A stretch of 64,000 nucleotides of DNA, from assembly GCF_964213995.1 (NCBI RefSeq), contig NW_027590163.1, positions 496,001 to 560,000 of the forward strand, read 5' to 3'. A program made the translations under genes and the position numbers. This document shows positions 59,780-64,000 of this stretch, one piece after another; within the stretch, counting starts at the first letter, position 1, and every line of letters starts with the position of its first letter. The notes beneath the pieces were generated by a model that saw nothing but the letters and a program-made list of their open reading frames with translations, had not been told where the DNA came from and did no database searches. The DNA is from Mustelus asterias (Eukaryota).

Positions 59780-61040
59780 ACAGAATCTTACCTGGAGAGA
59801 AAGACAGACAATCAGAGAGCTGAGGTCTAGTACGGATATGATCATAAAACCAGGAGACAAGGATAGCAACACCGTCATTCTGGACAGACAACAATACTTG
59901 TTGGAAGCAGACAGACAATTAACGTGGATCATTACACCAAGCCCCCTAGACCCATATACCAGAGACAGGAAGGAGAATTGGAGACAGGCTGGAAGAACTC
60001 AGTCACATTAACCAAAAACAGATGGAACATCTGGGAGGATAACAGCCAAAACCAGGGAATTCCAGCTGCTCTCAAAAATACACAAACACCCAAACAACAT
60101 GGACAGAACCAGGAGAAACACCTCCAGACAGACCCATCCACTTAGACTGTGGGAGCCTGGTAGTGGATAGATCAGAATACTTTCCAGATGGTATGAAGTT
60201 CAATACAGTGGATATCCAAAGAGACTTGGGGGGTTCAGATCACCCATCTTTAAAATGCCACAAACAGGTTGAGAAAATAATCAAGAAGGCTAATGGAAAG
60301 CTGGTCTTTATATTGAGAGAACTGGAGGACAGAAGTTATTCTGCAGCTATACAAAACACTGGTTGGACCCTATTTGGAGCACGTGAGCAGATCTGTGCGC
60401 CACACCTCAGGGAGGATATGTTGGTCTTGGAGGGAGTGCAGCGCAGGTTTGCAGGAATGATACCTGGGCTTCAGGGGTTTAATTATGAGGCGAGATTATA
60501 CAAATTGGACCTGTTTTCTCGAGAATTTAGAAGGTTAAGGGGTGATCTGATCAAAGTCTTCAAGGTATAAACAGGAAAAGACAGGGTAGATGAAGATAAA
60601 TTATTTCCACTGGTTGGAGATTCTCGAGCCAGGAGGCAGTCTAAAGATTAGGGCCATACTGTTCAGGAGGGATGTTGGGAAGCACTTCCACACAGAAAGG
60701 GTGGTAGAGGTTTGTAACTCTCTTCCATAAAAGGCCGTTGATGCTCGGTCAGTTGCTATCTTTAAATCTTGAGATAGATACATTGTTTGTTAAGCAAAGG
60801 TATTAAGGGATATGGGTGAAAGGCAAGTATATGGAGTTAGGCCACTGAACAGCCACGATCTCATTGAATGGCGGAATGAGCTCGAGGGGCTGAATGGCCG
60901 TCTTCTGTTCCCATGTTTGTTTGTAGGGAGTTTCGACCCACACCAAGGGAGAAATGGAAGAATTTATAAAAGCCTCGATCCCTCTGTTAAACTTAAAGCC
61001 ACATCAGATGAAGATGAAGCCGATTTGTCAGACACTGCCT
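59780..61040 (+). mobile_element. Penelope-like RT remnant interrupted by a CR1 3' fragment (about 60175-60915)
   Basis: NLTWRERQTIRELRSSTDMIIKPGDKDSNTVILDRQQYLLEADRQL resembles the PLE IKPADKG motif. Confidence 0.6.
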
Positions 61041-61182
61041 GATTAAACTAACACAAGGAAACAACAGGCAGCAGTTAGCAAAGGGTTCTTCAAACCAAAA
61101 CAGAGAGAGACAGACACCCGACACTAACACACACCAACATACCAACACACACACACCGACACATAAACTGACATATACAAAG

Positions 61183-61215
<33 letters not shown>

Positions 61216-61360
61216 GTGCACCCATTTACTTATAGTTGAATCCATAATTTGATTGCCACATCTGGGACTGAGGAAAAACAACATTGAATTCAAGGAAATT
61301 GTATGACATGTAAACACATGAAACATGAATCTGGCTCTGAAACAGACAATATAAACTGTA

Positions 61361-61677
61361 TCATAGAATCTACAGTGCAGAAAGAGGCCATTCGGCCCAT
61401 CGAGCCTGCACCGACCACAATCCCACCCAGGCCCGATTCCTGTAACCCCACATATTTACCCTCCTAATTCCCCCGACATTAAAGGGAAATTCATCATGGC
61501 TAATCAAACCATCCCACACATCTTTGGAGTGTGGGAGGAAACTGGAGCACCCAGAGGAAACCCACACAGACAGGAGAGAATGTGCAAACTCCACACAGAC
61601 AGTTACCCGAGGTTGGAATCAAACCCGGGTCCCTGGAGCTGAGAGGCAGCAGTGCTCACCACTGTGCCACCATGGCC
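61361..61677 (-). mobile_element. HE1 SINE
   Basis: Same head and tail as 1041-1380. Confidence 0.88.
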
Positions 61678-62639
61678 GTACTGGCATCTTTTTCCAATTC
61701 TTCATCCTGGTTCCACCACCCCCGGAACTCCACACATAAACACAGCAAGATCCCAATTTCTCTGTGCATTCTCAGCAACAAAACCAAGATCCCAACCTCC
61801 ACCCTGAATCCGAACCCAAGCTTACACCTCACCCTAACTAACACCTCACCCTAATACCTCACCCTAATCCGAACCCTGGATGTGCTTCCAAACAGTACAT
61901 TGGATTTGTCGTTAGTTAAAAAGGAAATTTTGACAAACCCCATGTGTACACCTTTAGTGAATTACAATTTCTCCATCATCCCTGTCCCTACCTTTCTGAG
62001 TCTCTGTGAAGGGTATCGGTATATTTTACTTACTTTAATCTGTTAACAGGTAAATACCAGTTGTTGTTGCATCAGAAAACTCAGGAATGTCACATAAACA
62101 CTTGGAAACTTCAGACCAAAGACATGTTCAGACTGGAAGTGTCACTTACAGTCAGGAACAGTTTTACACCAATCTCTGATTTGACGGCATGTTTTGAAAG
62201 CAATCACCATCGGATCTTCATAAAATGTCAAGAAATGTATTGAATATTATTAGAAACAGCTTGCTCTCTTATGAAGAGAGCTTCCACAGCAGCTCGCTGG
62301 GCAACAAACACAGGATAGGTCTGTTCTCTCTACTCAGGACATGTCTCTGTCACAAACCCTGAAACAAGACATTTCTAAACTGGGATGAGTAGGTTAGAGG
62401 GATTAGCAGGTTACATATGTGGGGTTATGGGAATAGGGCCGAGGTGGGATTGTTGTTGGTGCAGACTCGATGGACGAATAACCTCCTTCAGCACTGTAGG
62501 GATTCTATGAAATACATTGGGAGAATTGCTATTTTAATGGGTATTTTCACAAATGCTATAAAATGATTTTTCAACACAAATTAATATTTTCTTCAACAGA
62601 TCATTAATAAATAAAAAGTATTTAATAAAACAACCACCC

Positions 62640-63645
62640 AGTGTGGGGTTCAGGATTCTAACCCAGGGTTTCTGAGCTCCAGGAACCACTAACTGAACCA
62701 ACCGGGAATGGTCTCCACAAAACTTCCCCAACTCCCTCCCGGGAAAAAGCTGCAAACCCGGGAGCTGCAGCTTTTTACTGGGGGTGTTGGGGCCTCCAGC
62801 GGGTGTTTGTGAATCCTCCCCGCCCACCTCCCAGGGTTTCCTTCCTTCCCAGAGATCAGAGTCCTCATTGATTTGAGGCCAAAGTGTAACCTCTTATTTA
62901 TTGTCCCCCTCCCCCATCCTCTGATGTGAACCATCCTCCAGTGGCTGAGCCAGGATGGGGCCGTTAACCTGGGCCTGTTCCCGGGAGGGAGGGAGGGAGA
63001 AGCCCCGCAGCTGCAAACCAGGGAGCTGACAATGATTCTGAAGGGTTTGCGGATCCACAAAGTGTTTCCAAATCCTCCCAGCCACCGCCTAACGCTGACT
63101 CCGCTTCTCCGGGACAAACAAGCGCCAAGGACAGCAATGACACTGCGCATGCTCCACGTCACAATGCCCGGGCATTGATTGACGTTAGCTCTGGACCAAT
63201 AGGAAGAGGGGGCGGGGCTGGAGGACCGAACGGGAGCGGCTGGTCCTCCAACCAATCGGAGTGGATGAGGGGCGGGACCTGAAGCATGCGCAGTGCGGGT
63301 AATGGCGACGGACGGGCGGTTTTAACTCGGAAGCGAGATCAATACGAGGTAGAGGGCGGCGTGCGGGGAATTATAAATGTGGCGGGTGGGTGGAGAGACT
63401 TTGTAAACATGTTGTTCAAACTCAAACCCCGGAAATGAACTTCCCGGTCCCCCCCTTTGTACCCAATGGAGCGGCAGCTTGTAGTGTTAGACCCGGGCTG
63501 ACTGCCGCCATTGAGGCTGCATGTGGGAGGCCGGCAGGAATTGTGATCGGAGAGTGAAGCCCTGACGTCACAATGGAATGGGTGAGAGTGTGACGTCACA
63601 ATGGAATGGGTGAGAGTGTGACGTCACAATGGAATGGGTGAGGGT
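62640..63645. promoter_or_regulatory. CpG-rich promoter, probably of a further ZNF, with 3 tandem CRE-bearing 28-bp units
   Basis: CCAAT, GC boxes, tgcgcatg, ccggaa, atggcg; tgacgtcacaatggaatgggtgag x3 at 63562-63645. Confidence 0.6.
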
Positions 63646-63696
63646 TCCAGATGAGCTGAGACTGGGCTGGAGTCGGGCGATGGCACTGACATGTGG

Positions 63697-63850
63697 CCCG
63701 GTGGCACAGTGGTTAGTGCAGCTGCCTAACAGCGCCAGGGACCCGGGTTCAATTCCAGCCTCGGGTCGCTGTCTGTGCAGAGTTTCTACATTCTCCCCGT
63801 GTCTGTGTGGGTTTCCTCCGGGTGTTCCGGTTTCCTTCCACAGTCCAAAG
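63697..63850 (+). mobile_element. HE1 SINE 5' half
   Basis: cggtggcacagtggttagtgcagctgcctaacagcgccagggacccgggttcaattcc. Confidence 0.8.
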
Positions 63851-64000
63851 GGCCCTGGCAGATATATTTAAAATGTTGGTATCCACGGGTGAGGTGCCGG
63901 ATGATTGGAGGATAGCTCATGTTGTTCCGTTGTTTAAAAAGGCTCAAAAAGTAATGCGGGAAATTATAGGCCGGTAACTTTGATGTCAGTAGCAGATAAA

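Noticed and set aside
61780-61880. Telomere-like ccctaa/aaccc repeats
   Set aside because: Short and degenerate low-complexity run; not a (TTAGGG)n array

Overview
Eukaryotic DNA from a cartilaginous fish, most likely a shark (HE1-type SINEs, CR1/HER1 LINEs, shark-type Penelope elements). The window has three parts. (1) 1-14.3 kb looks like the distal edge of a T-cell receptor alpha/delta V array. It holds three minus-strand V segments with leader exons and 23-bp RSSs: one intact, one decayed with a SINE in its RSS spacer, and one split by a Penelope insertion. CRE promoter motifs lie upstream of two of them. A CR1 pile-up and a two-exon GPR139-like GPCR pseudogene follow. (2) 15.3-24.2 kb is an 8.9-kb class I (gamma/epsilon-like) endogenous retrovirus on the minus strand, with a tRNA-Ser PBS and gag-UAG-pro readthrough. 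A probable 2H-phosphodiesterase (two HxT motifs) sits between protease and RT. An in-frame deletion fuses RT-RNaseH-IN(HHCC) to Env in one 1312-codon ORF that stops just before the membrane anchor. Its two LTRs are unexpectedly divergent and lack a TSD, suggesting a recombinant junction. (3) 24.2-64 kb is a cluster of six C2H2 zinc-finger genes or pseudogenes with no visible KRAB domain, mostly head-to-head around CpG-rich promoters. It is densely interleaved with CR1, Rex1, Penelope (hammerhead-like cores) and LTR relics, and contains a tRNA-Val pseudogene and a 7x95-bp tandem amplification of a splice-acceptor junction. Repeat boundaries and identity values are estimated by eye.
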